Shown here: positions 7,317-17,246 of the stretch, one piece after another
Layout: every line of letters starts with the position of its first letter
How positions within the stretch are numbered: position 1 is the first letter of the stretch
Origin: an uncultured Bacillota bacterium
GTDB taxonomy: Bacteria; Bacillota; Clostridia; Christensenellales; UBA1242
DNA: 64,000 nucleotides
Reading direction: 5' to 3'
Assembly (NCBI GenBank): GCA_946499835.1
Contig: CAMMTJ010000003.1
Location: 55,460 to 119,459 of the forward strand
Notes under the pieces: model-generated
The model's database searches: none
Told to the model about the DNA's origin: nothing
Seen by the model: only the letters and a program-made list of their open reading frames with translations
Made by a program: the position numbers and the translations under genes

Positions 7317-10157
7317 ATGGCAGGAAGACTAACATTGAAATTAGACAATTTAGAAAAACTCGGCATTTCACTTGCAGAGAAAGAGGAAATCAAAAAATTT
7401 ATCAAAGACAACCCTCAGATCAAAGAAAGAGTAGATAAAATTCAAAAAGTTTTGAAAGACAAATTTTATCTTTCTGAAACAGAAGTGGAAAATTATATTT
7501 TGAAAATTTGTGAAGATGAAAGTGAAAAAGATATTTTCTTTTTCCAAGACATTTTTGAAGAATTTGAAAAGAATGACGTTGGAAGTTTTGATGCTGACGA
7601 GCGAAAAAAGCAAGCAAGGAATATCATTTTTGACGTTTATGACCTCTACAAATCCCAAACCAGAAAGGTTGGAGAAGATTTCATTGATTGTATGCGTGAA
7701 GCAAAAAGACTGGGCATTGATCCATTCCGTTTTGCCATAAAAACAAACATTGAAAAGGCAAATGGCGATAAGTTTCAACAAACTCTTGATTCTTTGACAG
7801 CAGAATATGATGCAATGTATTTCAAGAAAAACTCAGCAAAAAATGAGACAGAGATTTTGTTTTCTCATGACGAAACAAAAGCAATTCTTGAACAATGCAT
7901 GACACTTGCCATGCGACTTAATTGCGACCTTGTGGAATATGTTTTACTTACTCTTAGTGATCTTGCTTATGACAAAAAGAAAGGTGTTTTTTATGCAGAC
8001 GTGAGAGAATTTATAAGAAAAGCACCTTCAATTTTGCTTGCAAATCCTTTGAGCATCGAATCGACAATTTCAAAATTGAAAAATTATTATGAAAAAATAG
8101 GAAAAACACAAGAAGACCTTGTGCAGAGAGTTCTTCAAAGTCCTTCTGTGCTTTGTGCAGATAGCAAAGATATTGACAGCACGATAGATCTTTTAGCCAA
8201 AAACTATCAATCACTTATAAGTCAATTGCCTGAAAAAATTAGACGTGGCAAAGATGCAAGGGTTATGGCTGAGGCTTTTGCTTATGATGTGACAAATCTA
8301 TCACAAATCAAATCACTCAAAACTGAAAGTTTTGGAAAAATGCAAGAAATCCTTATCAAATACCTTGGCGCTGAAAATGCACTTACTTGCTTCCAAAATA
8401 TGGAAATATTAAATAAGGCGCCAGAAATTGTTGAATATGCACTAGCAGTCATTTCAACAGCGCCTAACAGCAAAGACCTTCGCGAAAAATTCGTCAAAAG
8501 CCCAAACACTTTCATGGAAGAGAAAAAAGATTTTTCTCAAAACAATTCTGACATTGAAGGCGGAGTGGGCACAGAACGCAAGACATTCTTTGCAAACAAA
8601 GAGACTTTGCCAGATGTAAACCTTTCAAAAGAAGAAATAGAAAATCTTAAAAACAAACTTTCAAAGAAAGACCTCAAAACATTGCAAGAAAAAATTGATG
8701 CCGAAAAAGAGCGTTTGGCAGAATTGCAACGTAAATATGAAGAGGAAAAAAGAAAACGCAGAGAAGAGAAAAAAGCGCGTGAAAAAGCAGAAAAAGAAAA
8801 AAGAAGAGCAGATAGAAAAGCAAACAAAGATAAAAAACCTTCTCAAATTATTGTTAATGCTCAAAATCTAAGTGAGCAAGAAAACAAACCTCAACTTAGT
8901 TATGAGGAAAAAATGAGAAAAAGGCTCTCTTATTTATGGCCTCCGAAAAAAGGTAAATTAAAATCAGGAGAGGTGGCACACAAAGATTTTGAAAATATTT
9001 ATGAACCTATTTTCAACGTACTTGATAGATGTGGTATTGAATTAGATTTGCCAAAATATAAGGATGTAAAAGAGATCTTTAAGAAATATGATAGTTTGGC
9101 AGTCGATTCAATGGTGGCATCGCAACTTTCAATTCTCTATGGACAATTTTTCAAATCTTTATTATCAGAAGGCGTGGAAACCCCTATAATCAGTTTGTTG
9201 AGTTCAACTGAGGATAACGAAATTAGAAAAATGTTTACAATGGCTTCCAATATTAAAGATAGCACAGGAAACTCTGATAAATATCTGATGAAAGTGAAAG
9301 AAACTGATACTTTGGCTGATTTGTTTATCAAATATGCAGATGGTGCTTATCGAGCGACAAAAGATGTTCAAGACAGGTTGTTTGACCTTGTTGATAAAAC
9401 GAATGAAATAAGTCAGGAACCAAAAAATAGCGAAAATATAACAGTGAATTTTAGACTTGTTGAAAGGTTCTTGAAAAATTATATCGAAGAATGTGACAAG
9501 CAGTTGATAGACCTCATTGGGCAGGAAAGATATGATCAATATTTTGATGAAGATACAAAGAAGATTAAAGATATAATTGAAAAGAAAGTGCTTTCAGATA
9601 AAAATATAAAACCTATCAACTCACCAGTTATTGTTTGTAAGGGATATGTTGCTCCTGCATTAGACTTTATCAAACTAATGGCACGGGAACTTAAAAGGGG
9701 AGACTATATTAAACAATTTGACAGAGTTGAAGATGAATATGCCGTCAGATTGCAAAGTAAATATCTTGATGCCATCGCAGAAATGACGGATGAAATCAAA
9801 AATAAAATAACATCTTTGCCTGGCGAAGGCAATATGCTGGTGCTTAAAGCAGAAGATGAGAAAGGAAAACCATATCGAGTTATTGCAATAAATGATGGAG
9901 AAGTGATAAAACAAAAAGAAAATGGAGAGGATAAAAAGATAACTGCATTCACGATCGCTGCTGTATCTAATGACCCAAATTATTTTGGAGATCCGCTTTT
10001 CTATCAAATTTCGAAAAGACCATCCCTTGTTACCATGGATAAAAATGGTAGTTTTGGTATAAGGGACGTGCTTGGCTTGGTTGATGTTGAAAATACAGAA
10101 TTGAAAATTGATGGATTTGATGTTCAAGGCAAGAAAGGTGATATGGGCATAAAATAA
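7317..10157 (+). CDS. large orphan protein, 946 aa: N-terminal helical repeats (tentatively mTERF-like), a central K/E/R coiled-coil, and an unassigned C-terminal half
   Basis: A long uninterrupted ORF with ATG at 7317 behind GGAGG. It has its own promoter and terminator. It occupies the tsf-frr gap where pyrH normally lies. No family recognised. Confidence 0.8.
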   Translation: MAGRLTLKLDNLEKLGISLAEKEEIKKFIKDNPQIKERVDKIQKVLKDKFYLSETEVENYILKICEDESEKDIFFFQDIFEEFEKNDVGSFDADERKKQARNIIFDVYDLYKSQTRKVGEDFIDCMREAKRLGIDPFRFAIKTNIEKANGDKFQQTLDSLTAEYDAMYFKKNSAKNETEILFSHDETKAILEQCMTLAMRLNCDLVEYVLLTLSDLAYDKKKGVFYADVREFIRKAPSILLANPLSIESTISKLKNYYEKIGKTQEDLVQRVLQSPSVLCADSKDIDSTIDLLAKNYQSLISQLPEKIRRGKDARVMAEAFAYDVTNLSQIKSLKTESFGKMQEILIKYLGAENALTCFQNMEILNKAPEIVEYALAVISTAPNSKDLREKFVKSPNTFMEEKKDFSQNNSDIEGGVGTERKTFFANKETLPDVNLSKEEIENLKNKLSKKDLKTLQEKIDAEKERLAELQRKYEEEKRKRREEKKAREKAEKEKRRADRKANKDKKPSQIIVNAQNLSEQENKPQLSYEEKMRKRLSYLWPPKKGKLKSGEVAHKDFENIYEPIFNVLDRCGIELDLPKYKDVKEIFKKYDSLAVDSMVASQLSILYGQFFKSLLSEGVETPIISLLSSTEDNEIRKMFTMASNIKDSTGNSDKYLMKVKETDTLADLFIKYADGAYRATKDVQDRLFDLVDKTNEISQEPKNSENITVNFRLVERFLKNYIEECDKQLIDLIGQERYDQYFDEDTKKIKDIIEKKVLSDKNIKPINSPVIVCKGYVAPALDFIKLMARELKRGDYIKQFDRVEDEYAVRLQSKYLDAIAEMTDEIKNKITSLPGEGNMLVLKAEDEKGKPYRVIAINDGEVIKQKENGEDKKITAFTIAAVSNDPNYFGDPLFYQISKRPSLVTMDKNGSFGIRDVLGLVDVENTELKIDGFDVQGKKGDMGIK

Positions 10158-10172
10158 TTAAATCATATAATC

Positions 10173-10202
10173 AAAAGAAGGGGTTTCCCTTCTTTTTTTT
10201 GT
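10173..10202 (+). terminator. rho-independent terminator after the 946-aa gene
   Basis: 10-bp stem AAAAGAAGGG (10173-10182) pairs with CCCTTCTTTT (10187-10196), with a GTTT loop and a trailing T run. Confidence 0.8.
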
Positions 10203-10384
10203 TTACAAGAAAGAATTTTTGTCATAAAAGATATTGTGGCATGGGTTTCTTTGCAGTTAGAGTCAATTTAACATGAAAAATTTCTCTTTTCTAACATTTT
10301 TCTTACCTCAAAAAGCAGAAGAAGAGCAAAATCATTTGCCAAAGAGAGGTCAAGTATTGTAAAATATCTTGCAAGGAGAGTTTT

Positions 10385-10951
10385 ATGAACGAAATGACAG
10401 AAGAAATCTTTGCCTCATGCAAAGAAGAAATTGCAAAAGCACTTAATCACCAAAAAAATGAATATCAACTTTTGCGTGCAGGAAGAGCAAATCCGCATAT
10501 CTTAGACAAGGTCTTTATTGACTATTATGGAGTGCCAACTCCAATCAAAAATATGGCAAGCATAACTGTGCCAGAAGCACGCATACTTGCTGTTCAAGTT
10601 TGGGATCAATCACAAGTAAAAAACGTGTCAAAGGCCATTGCTATGGCTGATCTTGGAATCACTCCAAGTGATGACGGCAGAGTGATAAGACTTGTTTTTC
10701 CTATTCTTACAGAAGAGAGAAGAAAGGAAATTGTCAAAACTGTGAAAAAGATTGCAGAAGAGACAAAGATCGCCACACGCGCAGCAAGAAGAGATGCTCT
10801 TGAAATGCTTAAAAGCATGCAAAAAGATGGCGAACTTTCTGAAGATGAACTTGCAACTTGTGAAAAAGAAGTTCAAAAACTTATTGACAATGCAGGCGAA
10901 ACAATCGACGAAGTTTGCAAGACAAAAGAAAAAGAGATTATGGAAGTCTAA
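10385..10951 (+). CDS. frr: ribosome recycling factor
   Basis: 188 aa with typical RRF motifs (LLRAGRANPHILDKV, VIRLVFPILTEERRKE). Confidence 0.95.
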   Translation: MNEMTEEIFASCKEEIAKALNHQKNEYQLLRAGRANPHILDKVFIDYYGVPTPIKNMASITVPEARILAVQVWDQSQVKNVSKAIAMADLGITPSDDGRVIRLVFPILTEERRKEIVKTVKKIAEETKIATRAARRDALEMLKSMQKDGELSEDELATCEKEVQKLIDNAGETIDEVCKTKEKEIMEV

Positions 10952-10988
10952 GTTATCCATTTTCTTGGCGATGTGAAAAGGGAGCGTT

Positions 10989-11693
10989 ATGCAAAAAGAA
11001 ATTATTAGTGACAAATCGCCAAAACATATTGCCATAATTATGGATGGAAATGGCAGGTGGGCGACAAAGCGTGGCCTGCCACGCAATTTAGGACATAAAG
11101 CAGGGATCAAGGCTATTGAAAGAACAATTGATGCAATGATCAAGTTTCAAATTCCAGTTCTCTCACTTTTCGCCTTTTCAACCGAAAATTGGAAACGTGA
11201 TAAAGAAGAAATAGATGGAATTTTCTCACTTGTGAGAGATTATCTTTCAGAAAATAAAGACTCATTTTTGAAAAAAGGTGTCCGTGTTGTGTCAATGGGC
11301 GACATTAAAGCCTTTCCAGATGACCTTGTATCTTCACTTGAAAGTGTCCAAGAAGAAACAAAAAACAATGACAAACTGACTCTTAATTTAGCGCTTAATT
11401 ACGGCGGTAGAGCAGATATTATTCGGGCTGTCAATGAAGTTATAAAAGACAAAAAGACAAAAATTGATGAAAAAGACTTTGAAAAATATCTTTATTCATA
11501 TCCTTTGCCTGATCCAGACCTTGTGATAAGGACAAGTGGCGAGATGAGACTTTCAAATTTTATGATGTATCAACTTGCTTATTGTGAACTTTATTTCACG
11601 CCTGTGTTATGGCCTGATTTTGGTGAAAAAGACTTGAAAAAGGCGATAATCGATTTTCAAAAGAGAGAACGAAGATTTGGAGGAAACAAATGA
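10989..11693 (+). CDS. uppS: isoprenyl transferase (undecaprenyl-diphosphate synthase)
   Basis: HIAIIMDGNGRWA and RTSGEMRLSNF are cis-prenyltransferase signatures. Confidence 0.95.
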   Translation: MQKEIISDKSPKHIAIIMDGNGRWATKRGLPRNLGHKAGIKAIERTIDAMIKFQIPVLSLFAFSTENWKRDKEEIDGIFSLVRDYLSENKDSFLKKGVRVVSMGDIKAFPDDLVSSLESVQEETKNNDKLTLNLALNYGGRADIIRAVNEVIKDKKTKIDEKDFEKYLYSYPLPDPDLVIRTSGEMRLSNFMMYQLAYCELYFTPVLWPDFGEKDLKKAIIDFQKRERRFGGNK

Positions 11694-12655
11694 AAACAAG
11701 AATTTACACATCAATCGGCATTGTGCTTGTCCTAGTGCTTGCCTTTGTTTTGAAAATGCTTGTAAGCAGTTATTTCTTTGATGCACTTATTTTTGCAATG
11801 GCATTCGTAGGCGCTTACGAAATGTCGAAGATTTTGTCAGAAATGGGCAAATATAACAACAAATATGTGATTATAAGTTTTCCTGTTCTATTTTTGGCAA
11901 TAAACTTGATAGGTGTCAACTTTGACACTGTCATTGGTTACTGGTCACTGCTTATAGATTTAGGCGTTGTGGTTGTCGCATTTTTGCTTGTATTCCTCAT
12001 TGGTTTGATGAGAAGAAAATCAACTGCAAAAGAGATGAAAGTAAGACGTTTGGAAGGGGACAAGCCTGCAAAATTTTGTGCGAAAAAGGCTTTGCACACA
12101 ATTTATGGAGCGCTCTATCCAACCTTTCTTCTTATGACAATGGTTTTTCTCAACCACTTTGATGAAATGGGCGGAATTTACACAAATATAGCAGACTTTG
12201 GAGGTTATTTCTCATTCATAGCACTGCTTTTCGCTTTTCTTATACCTTCTATTACAGACACCTTTGCTTATCTTACAGGTGGGCTGATTGGAGGTAAGAA
12301 ACTTTCTCCAAAAATCAGCCCAAACAAGACTTGGTCAGGTGCTATCGGCGGTCTTGTTTGGTGCACAGCCGTTTGTGTTTGCATTTATTTGATCTTAAAT
12401 GCAATTCCTACTTTCTATCACATTTTCAATGAGACTGGCTTTGCTTTTTGGCAGGTTCTTATCATTGCCTTTCTTGCTTCAATTGTGGCGCAAGCAGGCG
12501 ATTTGTTTGAGTCATTTATCAAAAGACGTGCTTCCGTCAAAGACTCAGGACGCTTTCTTCCAGGACATGGAGGAATGCTTGACAGATGCGACTCATATAT
12601 ATTTGTAACGCCACTTCTTCTTGTCGCATTTTCTATTCTTGCATGTGTTTTATAA
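11690..12655 (+). CDS. cdsA: phosphatidate cytidylyltransferase
   Basis: Polytopic membrane protein with the C-terminal CDS signature (SFIKRRASVKDSGRFLPGHGGMLDRCDS). Its start overlaps the uppS stop. Confidence 0.9.
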   Translation: MKTRIYTSIGIVLVLVLAFVLKMLVSSYFFDALIFAMAFVGAYEMSKILSEMGKYNNKYVIISFPVLFLAINLIGVNFDTVIGYWSLLIDLGVVVVAFLLVFLIGLMRRKSTAKEMKVRRLEGDKPAKFCAKKALHTIYGALYPTFLLMTMVFLNHFDEMGGIYTNIADFGGYFSFIALLFAFLIPSITDTFAYLTGGLIGGKKLSPKISPNKTWSGAIGGLVWCTAVCVCIYLILNAIPTFYHIFNETGFAFWQVLIIAFLASIVAQAGDLFESFIKRRASVKDSGRFLPGHGGMLDRCDSYIFVTPLLLVAFSILACVL

Positions 12656-12671
12656 ATTTTGTGAGGTGTGA

Positions 12672-13832
12672 GTGTATATTTTATATATTCTTCTAGCCAT
12701 TGTCATCCTTTTGTTTATGGTGCTTATTCATGAATTTGGGCACTATTGCATAGGACGAATGTTGCATTTCAAGATAACTGAATTTTCAGTTGGCTTTGGC
12801 AAGGCAATTTTTCAAAAGACCAACAAACGAGGAGAAAAGATTTCTCTTCGTATTTTTCCGCTTGGTGGTTATTGTGCCTTCGCAGGTGAAGATGAAGAAA
12901 ATGTCGATGATAAAGAAGCCTTTTCAAATCAAGCACCTTGGAAAAGAATATTGGTCTTTTTGGCAGGGGTAACTTTCAATTTTGTCACCGCTGTTATATT
13001 TTCCCTTATTTTACTGTGCACACTTGGCTATGATATACCACAGGTGACAAACTATAACCCTCTTGAAACGCATATTGCAGAGGAGGAATATCACTATAAT
13101 CCATCTGCTTCTCTCGATGCTCTTCAAGAAGGAGATGTCATTTTTGCAATCGATGGACAAAAAATTGATTTTGCTTTTGGCAAAAATTTCAACACGATTA
13201 TTCAAGAAGAACAAGCTGAAATTATTTCTTGGGTGAGAGAAAACTCAAATGAGGACGGCGTGCTCAATAGTGATGCAAACTTTGAAGAATTTCCAACTAT
13301 GACCTTTACGATAAGACGTGACGGACAAATGCAGGATGTGGAAGTTGCTGTTTTTCAAATTCAACAATATGGCACAGATGAGGATGGCAATCAAATAGTT
13401 GAGACGGCCTATTCATTCGGCATTTCTGCCAAAGCGTATGTTCATACTTTCTGGGAAGCACTTGACAGATGTATTCCATTTGCTTTTGGTCTTGCATGGG
13501 TTGTTTTGAAAAGTCTGTGGCTTCTTCTCACATTCCAACTTGGCATCGATGCGATTGGAGGGCCAATAACCACCATTGCAACCATGGCAACTGTTACTCA
13601 AATGAATGCAGGAAATCTACTTCTTCTCATACCTCTTATTTCAGCCAACCTTGCAGTGTTCAACTTATTGCCGATACCAGCACTTGATGGCTCACATGTG
13701 CTGTTCACATTGATAGAATGGATAAGAGGCAAGCCAATCAATAGAAGAGTGGAGAATATAATTCACTTTGTGGGGCTGGCGATCATGTTTGGGCTTGTGA
13801 TATTGATTGACATATTGCATTTTGTGTTGTAA
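12672..13832 (+). CDS. rseP: RIP (site-2) zinc metalloprotease RseP/RasP family
   Basis: GTG start behind GAGG. Contains HEFGH in TM1, a PDZ-like segment (LQEGDVIFAIDGQKI) and the C-terminal NLLPIPALDG motif. Confidence 0.9.
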   Translation: MYILYILLAIVILLFMVLIHEFGHYCIGRMLHFKITEFSVGFGKAIFQKTNKRGEKISLRIFPLGGYCAFAGEDEENVDDKEAFSNQAPWKRILVFLAGVTFNFVTAVIFSLILLCTLGYDIPQVTNYNPLETHIAEEEYHYNPSASLDALQEGDVIFAIDGQKIDFAFGKNFNTIIQEEQAEIISWVRENSNEDGVLNSDANFEEFPTMTFTIRRDGQMQDVEVAVFQIQQYGTDEDGNQIVETAYSFGISAKAYVHTFWEALDRCIPFAFGLAWVVLKSLWLLLTFQLGIDAIGGPITTIATMATVTQMNAGNLLLLIPLISANLAVFNLLPIPALDGSHVLFTLIEWIRGKPINRRVENIIHFVGLAIMFGLVILIDILHFVL

Positions 13833-13841
13833 AATATTTGC

Positions 13842-15380
13842 ATGGACGAACTAATGAGGGCGCTAAACAAAAAGTTTGGCGACAAATATTCATATTTGAA
13901 ACTCTTTGAAGTGGTGTATGACAAGAGAAGTCAAGTCTGCACCTTTACTTTTTTGTATCCTCATACAATTTCAGATATGGAGAGTGAGGACAGAAAAGAG
14001 ATTGAAAACTTTGTCAAAGAATATTTTTCTTTGAACGGAGATGTGAGGGTAAAATTTAAGAAGAGTTTTCTTGATGAAAAACTTATCAGACATGAAGTCA
14101 AAAACTTTTTTGAAGAAAAACATAAGTCTCTTTTGCCATATTTCAAAGAAGAGAATTTGTCGTCCACATTTGAAGGACTGGATGTAAAAATAACCTTAGA
14201 GCTTAACAAAGACCTTTTTGCCATGATTGATAAAGAGGATATGATAAAAGAGATGGTCATCTTTTTAAGTAAGCGTTTCATTGCAAACTTTGATATTTCT
14301 TTTGTGAAAAATGAAGAGGTTTTGCCAGATGAAGTGGTTATTGAAGAGGATATGTTGCCAAGCGTCAAAAGGACAATGCGCTATGAGGTCAACATTGAAG
14401 CCGACCTCATTGGCTCTGGTATTGCGCCAAAACCTGAATACATAAAGGATATCCAAAAACCAAAGTCGGCAGTAATTTTGGCTGGCGTTATTTCAGGTTT
14501 TACTCAAAAAACCTTTGTGCGTAAAAAAGGTAAAAAAGCAGGAGAAGAGGGTATATATTATACTTTCACTCTTAACGACGGAGACAAAATTGAGTGCATC
14601 TATTTTTGTGGAAAAACCAATCTCAAAAAAATGGAAAGTTTGACAGATGGGCATATGATTGTCTGCGTGGGCGATGTCAACACTGGCATTAGTGGAAAAT
14701 TGACTTATTACATCAAAAAAATTGCACTTGCAAGTCCAAAGATCGTTGTCAGTGCAATTGAAGAGCAGACATTTGAGAAACCTAAGAAAAGGAAATGGGT
14801 GGCAAGTGTTGAGCCTATTGTTACTCAAAGTCAAAGCAATTTGTTTGAGAATAAAGTTGTTTACAATGACAATATTATGACACACACCTTTGTGGTGTTT
14901 GACATTGAAACCACAGGTCTTGACCCTGAAACTTGTGAGATAACTGAAATTGGCGCTGTCAAGATCGAAAACGGAGTGATAAAAGAAAGGTTTTCATCTT
15001 TTGTGAAACCAACTGTGCCTATTCCAATGGAAGTGCAACTTCTTACTCACATAACTGATGAAATGGTCAAGGATGCGCCATCAATTGAAAACGTTATCGC
15101 AGACTTTTATGATTGGACACGTGGCTGTGTGCTGAGCGGATATAACGTTATTGGCTTTGACATGAAATTCATCAAAAAAGCAGGACAAAAATATAACTAT
15201 CGCTTTGACAACGATGTTGTTGACACCATGATTGTTGTGAGGACTTCTGGGCTGAGGTGTTCAAACTATAAACTTGGCACAGTTGTGTCAGCATTGGGGC
15301 TGACGCTAGAAGGGGCACATAGGGCTTACAACGATGCTCATGCAACGGCTCAGGTGCTTTTAGCATTGTCAAAAATATAA
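13842..15380 (+). CDS. PolC-like N-terminal/OB-fold region fused to a DEDDh 3'-5' exonuclease, with no PHP or polymerase core
   Basis: Exo I FVVFDIETTGLD, Exo II GYNVIGFDMKFI and Exo III HRAYNDAHATAQ are present. The upstream segment (AVILAGVISGF...YYTFTLNDGDKIECIYFCGK) is laid out like the PolC OB domain. The gene lies in the rseP-rimP slot usually held by polC. Confidence 0.8.
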   Translation: MDELMRALNKKFGDKYSYLKLFEVVYDKRSQVCTFTFLYPHTISDMESEDRKEIENFVKEYFSLNGDVRVKFKKSFLDEKLIRHEVKNFFEEKHKSLLPYFKEENLSSTFEGLDVKITLELNKDLFAMIDKEDMIKEMVIFLSKRFIANFDISFVKNEEVLPDEVVIEEDMLPSVKRTMRYEVNIEADLIGSGIAPKPEYIKDIQKPKSAVILAGVISGFTQKTFVRKKGKKAGEEGIYYTFTLNDGDKIECIYFCGKTNLKKMESLTDGHMIVCVGDVNTGISGKLTYYIKKIALASPKIVVSAIEEQTFEKPKKRKWVASVEPIVTQSQSNLFENKVVYNDNIMTHTFVVFDIETTGLDPETCEITEIGAVKIENGVIKERFSSFVKPTVPIPMEVQLLTHITDEMVKDAPSIENVIADFYDWTRGCVLSGYNVIGFDMKFIKKAGQKYNYRFDNDVVDTMIVVRTSGLRCSNYKLGTVVSALGLTLEGAHRAYNDAHATAQVLLALSKI

Positions 15381-15480
15381 TTTTTAAGGGCTTTTTTGTT
15401 GGTTTTGGCAATATTTTCTGTAAATAACTTTTGAAAAAGGGAAAAAGTCTTTATTTTTGGGGAGTTTTTGAAAATTATTG

Positions 15481-15509
15481 TTGATTTTTATTTTTACATT
15501 TGATATAAT
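15481..15509 (+). promoter_or_regulatory. promoter of the rimP-nusA-infB operon
   Basis: TTGATT (15481-15486), a 17-bp spacer, then TGa-TATAAT (15501-15509). An 8-bp leader hairpin GGGAGTGA/TCACTCCC follows at 15530-15556. Confidence 0.55.
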
Positions 15510-15582
15510 AAGATTGACTAGATGTGGCGGGGAGTGAGCAGAAAATGTTCACTCCCTGCTTCATAAGTAAAGGAGGAAAACT

Positions 15583-16044
15583 TTGGCAGGAAAAGTTAAA
15601 ACAATTTGCGAAGAAAAAATTTGCCCTATCATTGAAGAAATGGGCTATGAGGTCGTAGAAGTGGAGTATGCCAAGAAAAGCGATGGCATGAACTTGACTT
15701 TCTATATTGACTGTGACAAAGGTGTTGAGATTGACGATTGTGAAAAGGTGTCAAAAGTGATTGATCCGATCATCGAAGAGTTGAACCCAACAGATGACCA
15801 GCCATATATTTTGAGCATAAGTTCGCCAGGCATCGACAGACCACTCAAAAGTGAGCGTGATTTCAAAAGAAACATTGGAAATGAAATTTCAATCACTTTG
15901 TTTTCAAAAATTGACGGAAAGAAAAAGTTTGACGGAACGCTTAAAAGTTTTTCACCAGAGGATGTGACAATCACATCAAATGGCAAAGATATCACTTTGC
16001 AAAGAGATAAAATCGCACACATCGTGCCAATAATCAAATTTTAA
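15583..16044 (+). CDS. rimP: ribosome maturation factor RimP
   Basis: TTG start 6 nt after GGAGG. Typical RimP pattern (LTFYIDCDKGVEIDDCEKVSK, SSPGIDRPLK). Confidence 0.9.
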   Translation: MAGKVKTICEEKICPIIEEMGYEVVEVEYAKKSDGMNLTFYIDCDKGVEIDDCEKVSKVIDPIIEELNPTDDQPYILSISSPGIDRPLKSERDFKRNIGNEISITLFSKIDGKKKFDGTLKSFSPEDVTITSNGKDITLQRDKIAHIVPIIKF

Positions 16045-16058
16045 GGAGAACAACAAAA

Positions 16059-17237
16059 ATGATAAACAAAGACTTTTTTCAAGCACTTGAAGATTTGCAA
16101 ACAGAAAAGAAAATAGACAAGCAGGTGTTTATTGAAACACTTGAACAAGCACTCACATCTGCATACAAAAAAATGTATGGAGAGGCAAAGTCGGCAATGG
16201 TTCGTCTTGTGCCTGAGAAGAACACAATCAAAGTATATTCTTACAAAACTGTTGTTGATGAAGTGACTGACCCAGACAAAGAGATTTCACTTGCTGAGGC
16301 AAAACTTATCAAGAAGTCTTACAAAGTGGGTGACCAAGTTTTGAGCGAGGAGTCAACAAAAGATTTTGGAAGAATTGCCGCTCAAACAGCAAAACAAGTT
16401 GTTATGCAAAAACTCAAAGAAATGGAAAGGGCTATCGCAGTCAGCGAACTTTCTGAAAAAGAAGATGAACTTATGACAACCATCGTCAAAAGAATTGACA
16501 ACGGCACTGTTTACGTTCAACTTTCATCTTCTCACACAGAAGGCGTTATGCTTCCAAGTGACCAGATCCCTGGTGAAAAATATACAGTTGGTCAAAGAAT
16601 AAAGGTTTATGTGAAGAAAATCAAAGATTCTTTCAAAGGTCCACAAATTCAAGTTACAAGAAGCAACATTGGCTTTGTGCGTAAACTCTTTGAACTTGAA
16701 ATTCCAGAAGTTGCAAGTGGTGATGTTGTGATCAAAAATATCGCCCGTGACCCAGGCAATAGAACAAAAGTTTCACTTATGCCAACAAAACCAAATATTG
16801 ATCCAATCGGCACTTGTGTAGGTTACAGAGGACAACGTATTGACACAATCGTTTCTGAAATGAATGGTGAAAAGATTGACCTTATTGAATATAGTGATGA
16901 CCCACTTGAATATATCGCAAGAGCGCTTAGCCCTGCAAAAGTGCTTTCTGTTGAAACAAATGAAAGTTTGATGGCATCAAGGGTTATTGTTCCAGATGAT
17001 AAATTATCTCTCGCTATTGGCAAAAATGGGCAAAATGTTCGTCTTGCTGCAAGACTTACAGGCTGGAAGATTGAAGTGAAGAGTGAAAGTTCAGTTGCAA
17101 ACACGACTGCAAAACAAGAACCTGAGTATGAACTTACCGAACTCAATGAAGATGATGCTTTCCAATCACTTGAAGACCTTGAAGAACTTGAACCTGTAAG
17201 CATGGATGAAGAAGAAACAAATCCTACTGATGAATAA
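16059..17237 (+). CDS. nusA: transcription termination/antitermination factor NusA
   Basis: NusA N-terminal domain, S1 domain and two KH domains (GTCVGYRGQRI, AIGKNGQNVRLAARLTGWKI). Confidence 0.95.
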   Translation: MINKDFFQALEDLQTEKKIDKQVFIETLEQALTSAYKKMYGEAKSAMVRLVPEKNTIKVYSYKTVVDEVTDPDKEISLAEAKLIKKSYKVGDQVLSEESTKDFGRIAAQTAKQVVMQKLKEMERAIAVSELSEKEDELMTTIVKRIDNGTVYVQLSSSHTEGVMLPSDQIPGEKYTVGQRIKVYVKKIKDSFKGPQIQVTRSNIGFVRKLFELEIPEVASGDVVIKNIARDPGNRTKVSLMPTKPNIDPIGTCVGYRGQRIDTIVSEMNGEKIDLIEYSDDPLEYIARALSPAKVLSVETNESLMASRVIVPDDKLSLAIGKNGQNVRLAARLTGWKIEVKSESSVANTTAKQEPEYELTELNEDDAFQSLEDLEELEPVSMDEEETNPTDE

Positions 17238-17246
17238 GGAGAATTT

